Shown: piece by piece, positions 63,932 to 64,000 of the stretch
Layout: every line of letters begins with the position of its first letter
Numbering within the stretch: position 1 is the stretch's first letter
Assembly: GCA_009103225.1 (NCBI GenBank)
Contig: RHPI01002090.1
Coordinates: forward strand, 1,535,932 to 1,599,931
Reading direction: 5' to 3'
Source: Chlorokybus atmophyticus
Taxonomy: Eukaryota; Plantae; Mesostigma and Chlorokybus algae
Length of the DNA: 64,000 nt
Program-made: the position numbers and the translations under genes
Notes under the pieces: generated by a model
What the model was told of the DNA's origin: nothing
Database searches by the model: none
The model's input: only the letters and a program-made list of their open reading frames with translations

Positions 63932-64000
63932 GCAAAATAGGAATCGGCACGGCTGCCCACAAACTGAGCGAGACTTTAGGGTATGGGCATCAATTTAGGG

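Larger units (their letters stand above)
56911..64000. mobile_element. Plavaka-type (CMC/CACTA-related) DNA transposon with accessory and DNA-methyltransferase genes; right end beyond the window; left boundary inferred
   Basis: Plavaka transposase motifs; Gypsy homology stops at about 56910 next to CACGGTG and short subterminal-like repeats. Confidence 0.7.

Overview
Eukaryotic, intron-rich nuclear DNA from a green alga, most likely an early-diverging streptophyte with a flagellate stage (inferred from gene content; no database search was run). 1-40 kb is gene-dense: PTEN, a divergent ADP-glucose pyrophosphorylase subunit, N-carbamoylputrescine amidase, CFAP251/WDR66, the complex I 21-kDa subunit, a head-to-head pair of half-size ABCA transporters, an unknown protein, an Expp1-like secreted protein, an RLPH phosphatase and plastid bL28. 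41-64 kb is a nested transposon island. It holds hairpin-rich non-coding modules, a full-length but decayed chromodomain Ty3/Gypsy element (44875-51126, TSD CCTTC), a truncated second Gypsy whose integrase ends in a PHD finger, and a Plavaka-type (CMC/CACTA-related) DNA transposon apparently inserted into that integrase. The top candidate system is this Plavaka element. Its transposase is broken, but it is flanked by two apparently intact spliced genes: a 186-aa acidic-tail protein, and a Cys-rich + Tudor + prokaryote/phage-type C5 cytosine DNA methyltransferase fusion.
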